Virus record (IMG/VR): IMGVR_UViG_3300032236_000679
Location: 59,006 to 123,005 of that record
Origin: a virus
Length of the DNA: 64,000 nucleotides
Direction: 5' to 3' (one strand)
The notes under the pieces: model-generated
The model's input: the letters and a program-made list of their open reading frames with translations, nothing else
Database searches by the model: none
Told to the model about the DNA's origin: nothing
Position numbers and translations under genes: made by a program
Shown here: positions 32,501-40,509 of the stretch, piece by piece
How the letters are laid out: every line of letters begins with the position of its first letter
Numbering within the stretch: position 1 is the stretch's first letter

Positions 32501-35439
32501 ACAGAACATTTGATGAAAATGGTTTCTTGAACATCTTAGGCGATCAAGCAATTGATACTAATCTATACAGCACATTTAAAGACAATCAACTGGGTATTAG
32601 ACCAGAAGACATGATTACTGATGGTGCTAGTTATGTTGACACATACAACAGTTATGCACCTGAAGAATTTGTTCCAGGTTTGATGATGGATAGTTTGGAT
32701 ATCAGAGTTAAGACTCTAACAGATATTCAAAGTTTCAAATCACCAGACATTGTTGTTGTTTCAAAGTATGCAGATGATATTACTTCAACTTTTAGTTTTG
32801 ATCCTAAGATCACTGACACTAAATTACCAGTTGGTGGAATTGAAGAATTAACTGTTGTAAACGATATAGCAGGTCTACAAATTGAAGGTGTTGATTATAC
32901 CGTTGATTGGAAAAATCAATCAATTACATTCTTCCATGCTCCCGCTATTCCCAGTGCAGTTTTCATTGTTATAATTGGCGCAAGTGGTCAAAAAATAATT
33001 GCAGATGCAAAATTCATTGGCGATGGTGAAACTACAGAATTTGAAATCGTTGATTCTGTTCTTGAAAATGTTCAGCAGGCATATGTTAAGGTTGATGGTG
33101 AAAAAGTCACTAACTGGTCACTGGCATCTGCAAGTTACGGCAGTCAGGACTACTTGGCCTTAGGATTTGGAAACACTGGATTTGAAGATCAATACTGGGA
33201 TCAAAATAGATTCCCAGTTGCGTTAACTTGGCAACCATTACATGATTATTTCACTGATGAATTTGTCAGTTATGGTGCTGCAACTTTCAGAGTTGTGCGT
33301 CCATTTACAAGCAAATATGAATTTGACACAGATAATCTAATAAGTGCAAGTAGAACATTTATCAGATTCCTACGTCCACCCGCTAAAGATTCTGTAATTC
33401 AAATTCACTTGTTTGATTTAAATCTAGCCATTAAGGCATATAGTGAAATTGTAAATCAAGAAGTTGTATTGCCCAGTGATTTCCAACAGGGAACAGCAGG
33501 ATTTGAAATTAAACTTCAAGAGCCTGTTCAATATTTGCAACCATGGGAAGCAAGAATTGATGTTACAGTAAACGGTCTATACTTAGAACCTACTAATCAA
33601 GCATACTATTCTGGCAATGGTAAAACAAAGAATTACTCTTTACCTAAAACTAGAAACGTGGATGTTAATGTAATAACAAATTCTGATATTGTTGCAATTG
33701 TAGACGGAGTAGTTAAACTAAATCCATCTGAATACACTGTCTTTAGAAATGGCATTGATGTTCCTGTTGTACAGTTTAATACTGCTCCAGCAGAGGGATC
33801 AAAAATTATTATTAGCAATAAGAGCACTTCAAACTATTATGTGTATAACGAAGACTCTATCTTAATTAAACCATCTTACCCATTATTTCCCAATGATAAG
33901 ATAAAGATTAAGATTTATAGTAATCATGATCAGTATGACACAAGATCTCAAGTATTCAGTGCTGTTAATAATAATGAAACTTCGGTTCAAGTTCAAAATT
34001 TCTCAGGATGGGATTCAATTGCTTATGATTCAGTGAATTATGTCGAGCAAGGATTAGTAGATGGTACACCTACTATTAGTCCTTTTGCAGTACATCATCG
34101 TGATGTGATAACTGGAACAACATCAACTGCTGTAACTGATTATGGCTTTGCTGATGGCGCCACAGTTGGATTTGACACTTTAACTTGGGACACAAATCAA
34201 GTTACCTATGTAACTGATTATCACTTGGATCTTCCTCTACAAGGTACTGCTGAAGTTAAGATAAATGGAGTAATTAAATCCTTCTTAACAGATTATACTG
34301 TTCCAGATGTTGCAACTATTCACTTCTTATCAAAAGTATTAACAACTGACACTATTACAATTGTTGATCAGTATGATACATTGATTTCAGTAGTTTCTAA
34401 GTTTACAACAACAACTGCAATTGATATCAATGCTCTTAACATAATGGTTGATAACATTCAGTTGATTAGAAATGTTGATTATACACTAACATCTGCATAT
34501 CAAATTAACTTTAATACAGCAACAGTTCAAATCTTACCATCTGCTTACTTGCAAGTATTCTCACAAACTACTGTTGCTGATCCTGCTGCAAGTTTTGGAT
34601 GGGATGATGAATATACTATTACAATTGAACCTGCTGGTACTGTTGTAAGTCTAGGATTTGATCTCAATGGTTGGGACAAGAGTGTATGGGATAATGAAAG
34701 AACTAATACTATTGCGGCTCCAACTTACACCTTAAGTAGACCTGTTAATAATATTAACAATATCACAGTTGCACTAAACGGTGTAGATTTGAATGCATAT
34801 TATGATTATGTATTAACTACTCCAACACTGTTAAGATTGAATCCTGATTTGTCAATTACAGCAAATGATATAGTACTAGTTTCACATATCAGCGAAGATT
34901 CAAGAATACAAAATATTGAATTTAGAATCTTCAAAGGTATTGCTGACACTTACGAATACTTGGCAATTGGAGATACAACTACAACAACACTAAGCCAAGA
35001 TCTATATCAAACTGATGAGTGGATATATGTAACCGACATCAGTATATTCAGTAATCCAGATCCTGCACAGTCAAAGCCTGGTATTGTTTATATAAACGGT
35101 GAAAGAATTACTTTCTATATACTGGATATTATGAACAAGAGATTGGGTCAGTTGCGTCGTGGTACACAGGGAACAGGTACTCCAGTTGTTCATGATGCTG
35201 GCTTAAGAGTATACGATGGCGGATCACACACTGAAATTCCAGAATCGAGAGATCAATATACTGTTGCTGATCAAGATATTATCTTAATTAGTAAGAAAGG
35301 CAACGAGCATTTGGTACAAAATGGACAGATTTATCGTCGTGGTAAACTTTGGTTAGATCCTGGAAAAACTACGCCTGCTAATGGAACCGGTATATTGAAT
35401 TCAAATACAATACAAGCAAAATTCTTAAAGGCAATATAA
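20503..35439 (+). CDS. Giant (4,978 aa) baseplate wedge/receptor-binding virion protein
   Basis: Single ORF after gp6 containing FG-GAP-like beta-propeller blades, ChtBD3/CBM5-12-like W.P...Y...D.V.Y repeats and GDG.T..F repeats. Confidence 0.65.
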   Translation: MVKKSLDNVPKINQSTKNKKLSNEFLPTVFRTNTNRRFLNATVDQLIQEPRMTSIYGYIGRQDISPNYKPEDAYVRETESYSQFYQLEPGLVINQRIAGTNRFKKTNAYNYVDLLNGIALQGGINTDHSRLFSNEYYNYEGFVDLDKLINYSKYYWVPTGPKTLEVNGYNADQNKTEVIFLENLTVRRPVEPNTTGNAIANKPVGLIGYQFDQISNKVNPTLNLVRGRTYTFDVDQLGHSFWIQTEPGLGEGIGYQENIFKREVYGVDNNGAEIGKVTFRVPFSDEQYGIETLSKFTDVDLVTDIAYTDIQGVSYEEFIKTNTIDGTRSLTTKKIVMINKDPASWGDVVEDQRYGIWQLQNNNGILNLAFVSAWPTGTKIFVKEGRQYGNVNVVKNSQGIIFKEPYITAKLDTLYYQDGVDASVFGEIRLINIDPEQATINIETRVLNQSSYTSPNNVEFTNGLKVVFRGYVQPTEYAGKEYVVEGVGTGIKLIPWDNLITPDPNNPNLGDGYDAETEAYDTINYDLALNAPLRKDYVVINRASIDGNAWSRTNRWFHEDVIRYASTFNNPTAAVVLDNAFRGIRPIIEFDANLQLFNHGNKFAGQVTAIDTTVTDIANQVEGYSPYVLIDSNGNYFSDNVALENGTYVIFTQERYENTKGRIYQVSNIIPHVPAQRTKLTTQFAPNNTTLLHLNDVSYLYINMKVSGTGILPNTVIKSIDSINSIVTLSQPVVDVTRGTTITFDSNNKQVHLIPVHDMVEGETVVAVSGAKRQNYVYWWHNGNWQYAQQKTSLNQAPLFDIFTLDGISFGNGDYYPSTTFAGSKLFGYREGTGTRDSELGFPLSFRSIGNIGDIVFENYYDTEQFHYSLNQTDQIVDVSTGYAHENNPADLTFKLRNNWIKIKDFSKQYIQKKFIASDAHKNNFLIDVKFNQNSQNEKSLFVYVNGTELTYSQDYTLLGQKNHVYVSLNSDLTTGDVLVVRIFGTPNSSKEIYTLPKNLTDNSLNETFTSLTLGQIRNHLVEIADNSLLFKGEAAGVNNFRDIDYKRVPGRILQHSAGVHIAQLFFNNETTNIVKAIEYSRKAYRNFKNQFFSLLSSMEFDNFDDPRACLDQLFDEISFNATMDQSFYYTDMLPVGSNSFTFNEYLIADTNYKKFNVINTFDIQNPNYRSVLVYQKKSNSNYGVQLLKDTDYTFDGYQIDILTTLDINDNIIIYEYESTKGCMVPATPTKLGLYPKFTPGLYLDDTYLGRQEQDGTYTRFPRPMIQGHDGSKIAAFNDFRDAIIVEFEQRVYNNLNVEYINDPAISFNGVEPGAFRNTEYSMDEWTRLLSGSFLEWAGSNSVDVFNNLFTNNARSNDPFSFNYSQGVDAIYNEGVPGYWRGIYKYFFDTDRPHTHPWEMFGFSQKPAWWEARYGAAPYTSGNEILWKDAEVGLIYQHGYDAYIDSRYARPGATKIIPVDEHGTLLAPISSVVINLKTQTASSSWRFGDQSPQETAWRRSSDYPYSIIEAWALAKPAQFCTWSLNRHDLIRVDALDQIINPTTGKRNITLAISDEDKYIPGSNIWLRDRLAGLNIDVQTNFVEIFENLGINLVYKMSSYTDKNYIEVIAEQASPNSTNSGIIVPKENYDIVLTKSAPVGLSTYSAVIIKKSGGVFSVYGSDNNKPYFTIIPRKFNGNFYNIKVSQSTAIVRVDDEETIDIIPYGQQFTSKQQIVDFLISYGAYLQSIGFTFGTINPNETEIQFSNSTRDWANSSKQFLYWTEQGWDDSVVISLTPAGTQINFNSGFGVVDDLTNSYSGVRLSNSDDRILQTKEYSTFREGTNFNLVVRDQTKGIHLVDLYTVAYEHTLVFDNVTVFNDIIYQPNLGNRQYRMKVNGFKTRDWDGSLYAPGFLVNHRDVELWQPITDYYKGDIVEHKNAFFTAKYFIPGAPKFKEMDWLPVNSELLGKKLIPNMAFNAQQFENFYDVDTFDVNSTADMQARNSTGFVPRNYLDDLGLNTISQHKFYLGMIREKGTNAVLNAFLRAKLPYVDNNVSVTEQYAVRLASYGGINDVSDVELSLANSTKLNGSIVVEFIDNNETKSTLWNSYRPKDLLIKPANYDKNFFSLTESYPLQVGTGGPVLPQDVDTSVFDIQKIYNLSMGGLGFDMTEGYGEGSRIWVASDLENKWNVYRLCGNENIVITSVSVINNTNELEFTTDRPHGLKFNDNILIKKGIATGKISVNMSGFYRINSVGPTVFRTPIYTGAVTTSGKMNAMLYKLKSVRYQDRTAFSSDLPPGGWKTGDKAWINGSEGNWELLNLQTNYFLSQTLTPIFSGDSDNFGNGISMKSTEDVMAVGAPGKDSGAVYIYNKNYYGVWSVSQSIIPENTVANDFGFSVNCNDKNLVITGAPASNSNKGLAYVLKVNNVDSNVLFQVLNPAGLNSGDQFGYDVTSSQDGTWVAVSAPSDNTVYIYKFNKISTPALYSYVAESATEFELPSILLGTGIAADAVKVYLNERILIPSVEYSISGNNVELSISTNNNDVVNIVYEDYYKLITSFSNTEAAGSFGYSIDFNKDGTELAIGAPYLVNPANSNSTNFGAVYLFERTIETFITPSYDKTTLSSAEFASVSSVTLENTPVEPVVYVNGELDTSHSINGKVVTFTNGNLTRSVGYDSIVTVESNTFRLLETKRFGTDQANLYYGSKVKICPTSCSLYVGAKGYNVIQEKSQFLNNGAVVRYVNEARSYGTITTQKNIPTVTGGHSIRINGMKITFTGTNMGDGRTIINWTANTSYLTTNFVRYNSIIYKPTQNFTSGSSFSSTYLTPYRLTIDEIVADINAVKIPGITATKVKNMITISSDSMLAHNKIIINTTDLGTALDDLGLTVFKYYQFIGAQSNQSYTNFGNQFTLDASGNRLLISATQTDNIKVTTFDKGNTTFDAKSTRVYTATYRSGSAYLYEYQGDEYETPSTHGNFAYAQTFNTSKMSTNDYFGTGIALTKNWAIVTALGDGTKAGTVYTYQNKTGAYNWNVERSKLDPVDSRKIARAYLYNDNTKELIADLPVIDPEHGIPVPEAAEQLKYIVNYDPAVYTNSPNTFTFAVDVRSSWAEEHVGQLWWDTNQIKYAEWNQGDLITRFSNWGLSVPNSFASVYEWIESSMTPSEWNVANPTTPSLYTAGEVYSIRVVIDPVTLAPTNKYYFWVANSNANYGMERRDSAIMLQDLIANPRKNDNQPFISVIGTNAIALFNCQDLVDNDTRLHITMHKNQYVNPVHTEWTMFDDGSDLGIASEFLDRLNDSLAGIDNAGKIVPDLSLSEKQRYGLEIRPRQTTFVDNFSARNTWISNVNAVFARYPMVLLRETSILESYDLPPEVDGTSIKLEVSTEIELTYLNKSFYNIGDKILIANDSTVGGWSLRELAPSSFDSTVLEWKIVKVKSYDLRDYWTYSDWYSPNISRTVAVDKIVDYDYEIADINPLVGQIIKVKNGTGGNWKLVLVRANSLELVAQQNSTIQLTKSLYDNISAGFGIDNQSFEIKGFAKDNALEFRKIFDITVNKLLNKELRAEFKSIMTAMFDDITTQFKQNDWLMKTSLVNVKNEVRSLNQIPVYVKENADTVLNFIEEVKPFHTKVKEYINSYNQLDLAGFDTTDFDLPSYFNKNTQRYRQPQLKKVYNEELGRWVDTPNVVDTGIWYIDPLDPTQTLQNTKAVYQPWIDNHKYQILYVDLDNAGTGYKQNDTTVVIRGDGRGATAEAFVKNGSIYAINVTNTGYNYTYATIEILGSGTGATAYAKLGNGKARTFSTTIKFDRFTYQTSTKEWAPNTSYSLTDLITYNGSVYRLATDTNLIDLQSTGITTGDKFSFDNLIELVVKVWEPHKKYAKDTIIVYNHVPYVALTDFTSGRYFEYNTDVTVTNSISWQPATYYAVNTVVSYNGVAYKVISNFTSPNSFTLDNLLTVYDIAKYPGGYFDDAASRVWSYYNPKSGMPGKDLAQVMSGVEYPGVNVIGPTFDQKLGFGFELYERIAYDDRTFDENGFLNILGDQAIDTNLYSTFKDNQLGIRPEDMITDGASYVDTYNSYAPEEFVPGLMMDSLDIRVKTLTDIQSFKSPDIVVVSKYADDITSTFSFDPKITDTKLPVGGIEELTVVNDIAGLQIEGVDYTVDWKNQSITFFHAPAIPSAVFIVIIGASGQKIIADAKFIGDGETTEFEIVDSVLENVQQAYVKVDGEKVTNWSLASASYGSQDYLALGFGNTGFEDQYWDQNRFPVALTWQPLHDYFTDEFVSYGAATFRVVRPFTSKYEFDTDNLISASRTFIRFLRPPAKDSVIQIHLFDLNLAIKAYSEIVNQEVVLPSDFQQGTAGFEIKLQEPVQYLQPWEARIDVTVNGLYLEPTNQAYYSGNGKTKNYSLPKTRNVDVNVITNSDIVAIVDGVVKLNPSEYTVFRNGIDVPVVQFNTAPAEGSKIIISNKSTSNYYVYNEDSILIKPSYPLFPNDKIKIKIYSNHDQYDTRSQVFSAVNNNETSVQVQNFSGWDSIAYDSVNYVEQGLVDGTPTISPFAVHHRDVITGTTSTAVTDYGFADGATVGFDTLTWDTNQVTYVTDYHLDLPLQGTAEVKINGVIKSFLTDYTVPDVATIHFLSKVLTTDTITIVDQYDTLISVVSKFTTTTAIDINALNIMVDNIQLIRNVDYTLTSAYQINFNTATVQILPSAYLQVFSQTTVADPAASFGWDDEYTITIEPAGTVVSLGFDLNGWDKSVWDNERTNTIAAPTYTLSRPVNNINNITVALNGVDLNAYYDYVLTTPTLLRLNPDLSITANDIVLVSHISEDSRIQNIEFRIFKGIADTYEYLAIGDTTTTTLSQDLYQTDEWIYVTDISIFSNPDPAQSKPGIVYINGERITFYILDIMNKRLGQLRRGTQGTGTPVVHDAGLRVYDGGSHTEIPESRDQYTVADQDIILISKKGNEHLVQNGQIYRRGKLWLDPGKTTPANGTGILNSNTIQAKFLKAI

Positions 35440-36113
35440 TGGAAGACAAAAATCAGTCGAAATCTATTGTAATAAATAAAGAACAGCAAGAGAAAAAACC
35501 AATGACTAAACCTGATGAGAATACCGGAGTCAGAATTGAAGGACATATCAAAATATGGGATCCTGGTACTGGCGAGGAGTTTATTAATAAAAGAAATGCA
35601 ATTCATTACGAAAACTTCAGTGAAGCACTAGCAATGAGCATTGGAAATCAGGGAGAAGCCTGGATACACGAAATGGTTTTTGGTAATGGCGGTACAAGCG
35701 TTGACCCAACTGGTGTTATAACTTATTTGCCAACTAATACAACAGGCAGTAATTCAACTTTATACAATCAAACTTATAACAAAGTTATCGATTCAAATAG
35801 CACATACAATACAGATCCCACCAGAAATAAAATTGAAGTTCGTCATATTCCAGGAACAGTTTACACTGACGTTTTAGTTACTTGCTTATTAGATTACGGC
35901 GAGCCTGCTGATCAAGCAGCATTTGATAACAGTACAACTTACGGCGACAGTTATGTTTTTGATGAACTTGGGCTCAAGAGTTTTTCATTAAATGGTATTG
36001 ATATGGGTAAATTGCTAACTCACGTAATTTTTCACCCTGTACAAAAGTCACTTAATAGACTAATTCAAATTGATTATACTGTAAGAATACAAACATTAAC
36101 CACCCTAACCTAA
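35439..36113 (+). CDS. Virion structural protein (baseplate/tail collar-type)
   Basis: EGHIKIWD...NKRNAIH...FGNGG...FDELGL...HVIFHPVQKSLNRLIQIDYTVRI; TAATG coupling to the giant gene. Confidence 0.55.
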   Translation: MEDKNQSKSIVINKEQQEKKPMTKPDENTGVRIEGHIKIWDPGTGEEFINKRNAIHYENFSEALAMSIGNQGEAWIHEMVFGNGGTSVDPTGVITYLPTNTTGSNSTLYNQTYNKVIDSNSTYNTDPTRNKIEVRHIPGTVYTDVLVTCLLDYGEPADQAAFDNSTTYGDSYVFDELGLKSFSLNGIDMGKLLTHVIFHPVQKSLNRLIQIDYTVRIQTLTTLT

Positions 36114-36151
36114 CGCAATAAATATTTAAATGAAGGTTGAAAAGTAGAATT

Positions 36152-37057
36152 ATGCCATATTATATTAAACATACTGATGGAACCAATCTTGTTACTGTAG
36201 AAGACGGTACAGTAGATTCTACTTCAACTAGCATTACTTTAGTTGGTAAAAATTTCCCAACTTACGGTCAAACATTTAATCAAAATCTAGTTAGCATTCT
36301 AGAAAATTTTGCAAATTCAACTAATCCCGATCCTGCATTACTTGGTCAACTATGGTATGACAGCACTAACAAAACTATAAATTTTTATAGAGAAGGATCA
36401 ACAACTAACACTTGGCAGAAGATAGCCACAACAATTGAAAGCGCCACTGCACCTACTGATCCAAGAATGGGAGATTTGTGGTGGGATACTGTCAACAGCC
36501 AATTGAAAATATACGACACAAACTTTGCAGATTGGCAAACAATTGGACCTCAAACTACCAATAATGGTAGAATAAATGTATTGGGTACAAATAATTTTCA
36601 ACTTCAAGTAAATGGTAATACGTCATTTGAAATTGATCTTTATGGAGCAATTAAAAAAGCATATACCCCTTGTATGTTTGGATATGATAATACATCCAGT
36701 TCTAATTTATACAGTTTGTCATTGACTAGTTATAACACATGGGTTCCAATTGAATCAATTGATAGAACAAGCAATTTTAGTGCAGGCGTCTTTACTGCTA
36801 ATTCGTCAGGTATATATAGAGTTTCAGCAAGTGTAACTACATTAGGTGGTGCAGAAGTTAGATTATTGTGGCAAAAGAATCAAGTTGCTACACATATCAC
36901 CGCCAGAAACAATGTTACAGGAGTAAGTCAACTAACATGCAGTGGTTTTATAAGTGCAACCACTGGTGACACAATTCAATTGGTGTATGCTACAGATAAT
37001 ACAAACGTATATATTAGCAATGCTTATAGCACTTACCAAATAGAAATGGTAGGATAA
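36152..37057 (+). CDS. Baseplate/tail fibre protein
   Basis: ITLVGKNF..YG..FNQN...LENFA...P..GQLWYD motif shared with the next gene; C1q-like C-terminus (FSAGVFTANSSGIY). ATG at 36152 preferred over TTG at 36137. Confidence 0.6.
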   Translation: MPYYIKHTDGTNLVTVEDGTVDSTSTSITLVGKNFPTYGQTFNQNLVSILENFANSTNPDPALLGQLWYDSTNKTINFYREGSTTNTWQKIATTIESATAPTDPRMGDLWWDTVNSQLKIYDTNFADWQTIGPQTTNNGRINVLGTNNFQLQVNGNTSFEIDLYGAIKKAYTPCMFGYDNTSSSNLYSLSLTSYNTWVPIESIDRTSNFSAGVFTANSSGIYRVSASVTTLGGAEVRLLWQKNQVATHITARNNVTGVSQLTCSGFISATTGDTIQLVYATDNTNVYISNAYSTYQIEMVG

Positions 37058-37075
37058 AATATTATGAATCAATTA

Positions 37076-37083
37076 TATAAATA
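37076..37083 (+). promoter_or_regulatory. Late promoter TATAAATA
   Basis: Perfect consensus 21 nt before the fibre ATG at 37105. Confidence 0.75.
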
Positions 37084-37104
37084 CATTAAACGAGAGAATC
37101 AGCA

Positions 37105-39207
37105 ATGACTTATTCTATATATAACACGTCAAGTAGTGCAACATATACAATTACCGATGGAACAGTAAACATAGATACTGATCTTGGGCTTGTAGGTAAG
37201 GGTTACCTAGGATATGGTCCTACGATTAATCGAAATTTCCTTCAATTGCTTGAAAATTTTAGTGGTGCTACTGCTCCAGCAAAGCCCATTAAAGGACAAC
37301 TTTGGTACGATAGCCTTAACCAAGCAGTTAAGGTTTATAACGGTACTAGTTTTAGTGCAATTAGTGGTTCATCACTTACTGCTACAAACATCTCATTAAA
37401 TGGTGATTTAACAGTTAGTGGAAATGCTACATTCTACGGTGCGGTTACTTTACCTGCACTATCAGGTCTTACTGTTAATGGAACAGCAAATATCACTAAT
37501 GTACGCGGTGCTTTGGCTGGTCCGTTTAATGGCACAGTTGGCGCAATTACGCCAAACACTGGTGCTTTCACAACACTAACAGGTACAAGCGGCACATTTA
37601 CTACTCTTACTGCTACTACAGGATATCAGGGCGCAGCAAACGGACCACTAAATGGTACTGTTGGTGCTACTACTCCTAATACTGGCGCATTTACTACACT
37701 ATCAGCATCTACTAGCATTACAGCAGGTACTATTGGTATCTGGGCAGGTAATGCAACAATTACTGGCGTTACACTATCTGGCGTCTCAGCAGGTGCAACT
37801 GGTCCTCTCTTAGGTCCACATAACGGTACAGTTGGCGCAACTACTCCAAACACAGGCGCATTTACAACACTAACAGCAACTGGTACTTCCAATTTTGCAG
37901 GTACATTAAATGCTGCTACTGTAAACGCATTGAACATTGGTAATACTGGCGCAACATTTACTGGTACATTGAACGGCCCAGTCAACGGTCCATTTAACGG
38001 TACAGTTGGTGCAACTACTCCTAACACTGGTGCATTTACTACACTATCAGCAACAAATAGCATTGTAGTTGGTACATTGGGCATTTGGGCAGGTAACGCA
38101 ACAATTACTGGCGTTACACTATCTGGCGTATCTGCTGGTGCAACTGGCGTATTGAATGGTCCACATAATGGTACAGTTGGTGGTATTACACCTAATACTG
38201 GCGCATTTACTACACTTACTGCATCCACTAGTATCTCAGCAGGTACTATACAATTATGGGCTGGTAATAATACTATTACAGGTGCTACAATTTCTGGCCA
38301 GTCAAGCGGCGCAACAGGAACATTGCTAGGTCCACATAACGGTACAGTTGGTGCAACTACTCCAAACACAGGCGCATTTACAACACTGACAGCAACTAGC
38401 GGTTATCAGGGCGCAACAAGTGGCGATCATAATGGTACAGTTGGTGCAACTGTTGCTAACACAGGTTCATTTACTACGCTAGTAACTTCAGGAACTATTG
38501 CTTCAACTGGTAATATTGTTGCATTGGCAACTACATCATCAACTAGTGCAACAACTGGTTCATTGGTAGTTAGAGGTGGTGCAGGTATTGCAGGCGATAT
38601 CTACTGTGCAGGTACAATTTACGGTACTGTAAGTGGTAGTATCACAGTTAATAGAATTAATAACACTCCAATTGGTGACGTGACTCCTTCAACTGGTGGA
38701 TTTACTGTACTCACTGTTAATACAAATAGTGCTGCTGTAGCAATTGTTAATGGCGGAACTAACGGCATTGGTGATATTGGTACTAATGTTAAGTCATTTA
38801 ACACTATCTACGCTAAAGCATCAACTGCTGCATATGCTGACTTGGCAGAAATGTACGTGGCAGATGCTACTTATGAGCCTGGTACTGTTCTAGACTTTGG
38901 CGGTGCTGAAGAAGTAACAGTTAGTTCAAATGTTCGCAGCAAGAGAGTTGCAGGCGTTGTATCAACTCAGCCAGCATATTTGATGAATAGCCAAGCAAAA
39001 GGCGAGTTTGTAGTTGCTGTTGCGCTAACTGGTCGTGTACCTTGTAAGGTACGTGGTCCTGTTGCAAAGGGTGACTTACTTGTATCAGCAGGCGAAGGTT
39101 ATGCAATGGTAGATAACGATGCAGTTGCTGGTACTATTATTGGTAAAGCAGTACAAACTAACGCTGATGGCGACGGTGTCGTTGATGTTGTTGTAGGACG
39201 TTTTTAA
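37105..39207 (+). CDS. Tail fibre protein with GPxNGTVGATTPNTGAFTTL repeats
   Basis: N-terminal baseplate-anchor motif (LLENFS...GQLWYD), 7-8 repeats, C-terminal ADLAEMY...GRVPCKV domain. Confidence 0.7.
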   Translation: MTYSIYNTSSSATYTITDGTVNIDTDLGLVGKGYLGYGPTINRNFLQLLENFSGATAPAKPIKGQLWYDSLNQAVKVYNGTSFSAISGSSLTATNISLNGDLTVSGNATFYGAVTLPALSGLTVNGTANITNVRGALAGPFNGTVGAITPNTGAFTTLTGTSGTFTTLTATTGYQGAANGPLNGTVGATTPNTGAFTTLSASTSITAGTIGIWAGNATITGVTLSGVSAGATGPLLGPHNGTVGATTPNTGAFTTLTATGTSNFAGTLNAATVNALNIGNTGATFTGTLNGPVNGPFNGTVGATTPNTGAFTTLSATNSIVVGTLGIWAGNATITGVTLSGVSAGATGVLNGPHNGTVGGITPNTGAFTTLTASTSISAGTIQLWAGNNTITGATISGQSSGATGTLLGPHNGTVGATTPNTGAFTTLTATSGYQGATSGDHNGTVGATVANTGSFTTLVTSGTIASTGNIVALATTSSTSATTGSLVVRGGAGIAGDIYCAGTIYGTVSGSITVNRINNTPIGDVTPSTGGFTVLTVNTNSAAVAIVNGGTNGIGDIGTNVKSFNTIYAKASTAAYADLAEMYVADATYEPGTVLDFGGAEEVTVSSNVRSKRVAGVVSTQPAYLMNSQAKGEFVVAVALTGRVPCKVRGPVAKGDLLVSAGEGYAMVDNDAVAGTIIGKAVQTNADGDGVVDVVVGRF

Positions 39208-39245
39208 TTGATAAATACAACTAGATAAAGTGGGACGTAGAAGAA

Positions 39246-40151
39246 ATGACATATTCGTCAGGTGGATTAATTCAAGCAACGGATTACAATACAAGAGCAT
39301 CCAATATCAATGATATTTGGGGTGTTGGATCCGGCTCTAATGGATATGGACAGAGTACTACTTTATCAACTGTAGCAAGTGCAGGTACTGTTACTGCTAC
39401 ACAATGGGCCACACTCGTTAATCGTTTAGAATCTATTACACAACATCAAACTGGCGTAACTACCGGCATTAGTGCTCCAACTTCTGGATCAACTGTTACA
39501 TTTTTATCCACACTGGATACTAAGTTAGCAGCAATTGTTACTAATAAATTTTCTGCTGCAACTAGAGGGTCACTTGTAGGTGGATCTGGTTCGATTTCTT
39601 CATTTGCTTGGACTACCAGTTGTACTAGAGAATATTATTGGACTTTTTCAGATCTTAATACTGTTCGATATTTCTTTAATGCTGGTGGGTTACTTAACAT
39701 GTATATGAGAGTCCTTTCTGGTACAACTACAAAATCTACTGATTGGGACAGTTTTTTAACTAATCAAATTGGAACAATCTCATTAGGCAGTAACCTTTGC
39801 TCACGTACTGGAACTGGTGGCGATAATTTAACTCAAAATACCAGTACTGGCTACTATAATTTAACTTCTACTTATCAAACACTTTTCAATATTGGATCAA
39901 CAAGTGCTACTGCTGACTATGGAAACAACTATGCAGTAATTGAAGCAAAATTAGGCGGTGCATTGGGAGGCGCAGGTTCCAATGTTGTTTATATGAGATT
40001 TACATTATACGATATTGCTGCTGATATTATCAATGATACTGTTGACGGGACAACAGGTTCTTATAATTCTTATACTCCTCCAGAAACAACTTACTTAACA
40101 AATACTTGGGGCACTCCGACTGTTACTGCTGGAACATTGTCACAAAGTTAA
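39246..40151 (+). CDS. Virion structural/fibre-associated protein
   Basis: MTYSSGGLIQATDYN start, Thr/Gly/Ser-rich, RYFFNAGG motif; late core TAAATA at 39212-39217. Confidence 0.55.
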   Translation: MTYSSGGLIQATDYNTRASNINDIWGVGSGSNGYGQSTTLSTVASAGTVTATQWATLVNRLESITQHQTGVTTGISAPTSGSTVTFLSTLDTKLAAIVTNKFSAATRGSLVGGSGSISSFAWTTSCTREYYWTFSDLNTVRYFFNAGGLLNMYMRVLSGTTTKSTDWDSFLTNQIGTISLGSNLCSRTGTGGDNLTQNTSTGYYNLTSTYQTLFNIGSTSATADYGNNYAVIEAKLGGALGGAGSNVVYMRFTLYDIAADIINDTVDGTTGSYNSYTPPETTYLTNTWGTPTVTAGTLSQS

Positions 40152-40153
40152 TT

Positions 40154-40182
40154 TTGACATTATTACATCGTTCTGCTAACAT
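40154..40182 (+). promoter_or_regulatory. Sigma70-type promoter heading the GT/radical SAM operon
   Basis: TTGACA-17 nt-TAACAT with extended TGn; ATG 6 nt downstream. Confidence 0.65.
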
Positions 40183-40188
40183 AATAGT

Positions 40189-40509
40189 ATGGACATTGAC
40201 GAACTTAAAAATCAAGCACAACTAAGTTATGATCATGCTGTAGGTAAGAAAAACCTACAGCAACGAATGGAATCACGACTTAATGTTGCATACAATGGCG
40301 GCTTCTTTACAGTAACAAAAGAACAGATAAACTTTCTTGATCTACTTGGTTCTCAAGAAGTAGTATTACTTGATGATTATCAAACTCCCGTAAAAGTAAA
40401 TGCATTTGAATTACTGAAAATTATGTTTGCACGTTATCATGAAATTATGAATGAATGGCTTTTTGAATGGGAAGAACTAAAGAAAGTTAGGTCTGCAAAG
40501 AATGTCTAA
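40189..40509 (+). CDS. Hypothetical protein
   Basis: 106-aa ORF, first in a translationally coupled operon. Confidence 0.6.
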   Translation: MDIDELKNQAQLSYDHAVGKKNLQQRMESRLNVAYNGGFFTVTKEQINFLDLLGSQEVVLLDDYQTPVKVNAFELLKIMFARYHEIMNEWLFEWEELKKVRSAKNV

